Part shown: positions 63,201 through 64,000 of the stretch, one piece after another
How positions within the stretch are numbered: the stretch's first letter is position 1
Layout: each line of letters opens with the position of its first letter
Source: Hydrolagus colliei
Taxonomy: Eukaryota
Direction of reading: 5' to 3'
Assembly: GCA_035084275.1 (NCBI GenBank)
Contig: CM068757.1
Span: forward strand, 7,750,001 to 7,814,000
Length of the DNA stretch: 64,000 nucleotides
Notes under the pieces: model-generated
What the model was told of the DNA's origin: nothing
Seen by the model: only the letters and a program-made list of their open reading frames with translations
The model's database searches: none
Translations under genes and position numbers: made by a program

Positions 63201-64000
63201 GCATTTCTTACGTTACAATACACCAAAATACACACTCATTCCACTTTACAATATATTCTGCGAAGTGCTTTGAGAGATGGAATCACTCAGTGAACACCTA
63301 TATTCAAAACTTGAGAACATCTGGTCTCGATAGCTTATTGCTGTGGCAAGCAATGTTGTTACCAATTTGACCATTTGGAGGAGCTAAGTGTCAGGCTCAG
63401 TTTTATTTCCAAATCGTCTCTCTCTTGAATGGCAACAGACGTAAGAATCAAATTGAACAATTTTCACTCACAAGCTTTACAGGCCTGGAAACTATTTTAC
63501 AAGCTCCATTTCCCTCTACAAAGAATTCTTTTGAAATAACGAAACGTCTGTTGTAGGACAAAATACTCTTCAAATTATTCAATTAAAAACATCCCTCTCG
63601 TTTCAAGATGTTCAAGATGAAAATGGAAAATCTTACATTGTTTTTTTTTAACATGGCTATAATTTGCTCATTATATCCATTTCTAACCCAATTTCAAATC
63701 TCTTTAAAGTACATTTACTTTATGATGGATTTTCCATTCATACCCTCAGGCTGAAAATGAATGCGTTTAACACTGAATTTCCTGGATGTGTTAATTTGTA
63801 CATTAGCAATTCGATGAATGCAAAGAAAATTGTTCATTTTTTAAAAGCCAAATTGCAATTCCAGAATATAAATTGTACTTGATTCTTGCATAACAAATGC
63901 GTATAAAATTGACTTTAAAGCATATCCAAAATGTACTCTATCAATGATTCCCAAGTTTTACTTCTGTAAGATAATTTCTCAAATCCCCTGACAGTTCTCA

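Noticed and set aside
1-64000. CRISPR arrays, rRNA, operons or prokaryotic defence systems
   Set aside because: The sequence is an intron-rich vertebrate locus; its repeats are dispersed SINE/LINE copies, not regularly spaced arrays.

Overview
Eukaryotic vertebrate genomic DNA, most likely from a cartilaginous fish (inferred from the repeat families; a holocephalan/chimaera is plausible but unverified). The window holds one complete + strand gene, a TIF1-family chromatin regulator that I identify as TRIM66 (TIF1-delta). I assembled 19 coding exons from 2507 to 55418. All introns are GT-AG with consistent phases, and the CDS is 3750 nt (1249 aa + stop). Domain order: C3HC4 RING (split by a 33.8-kb intron 1), B-box1, B-box2, coiled coil, Q/P-rich linker, PxVxL HP1 box, PHD, bromodomain, basic tail. 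The most interesting signal is a possible two-isoform system. The RING is intact, but a strong-Kozak internal ATG (36637) sits where the RING-less mammalian TRIM66 begins, and intron 1 contains candidate alternative first exons. Most of the rest is repeat: a very abundant tRNA-derived SINE with an L2-type tail, CR1 and L2 LINE fragments (two CR1s nested in SINE heads), DeuSINE-like relics, hAT/Harbinger-like MITEs, and two palindromic Penelope-like elements with degenerate hammerhead-ribozyme motifs. Nearly all ORFs in the supplied track are spurious or are exon fragments with intronic read-through. Comparisons to human TRIM66 and to repeat consensus sequences are from memory and need checking by alignment.
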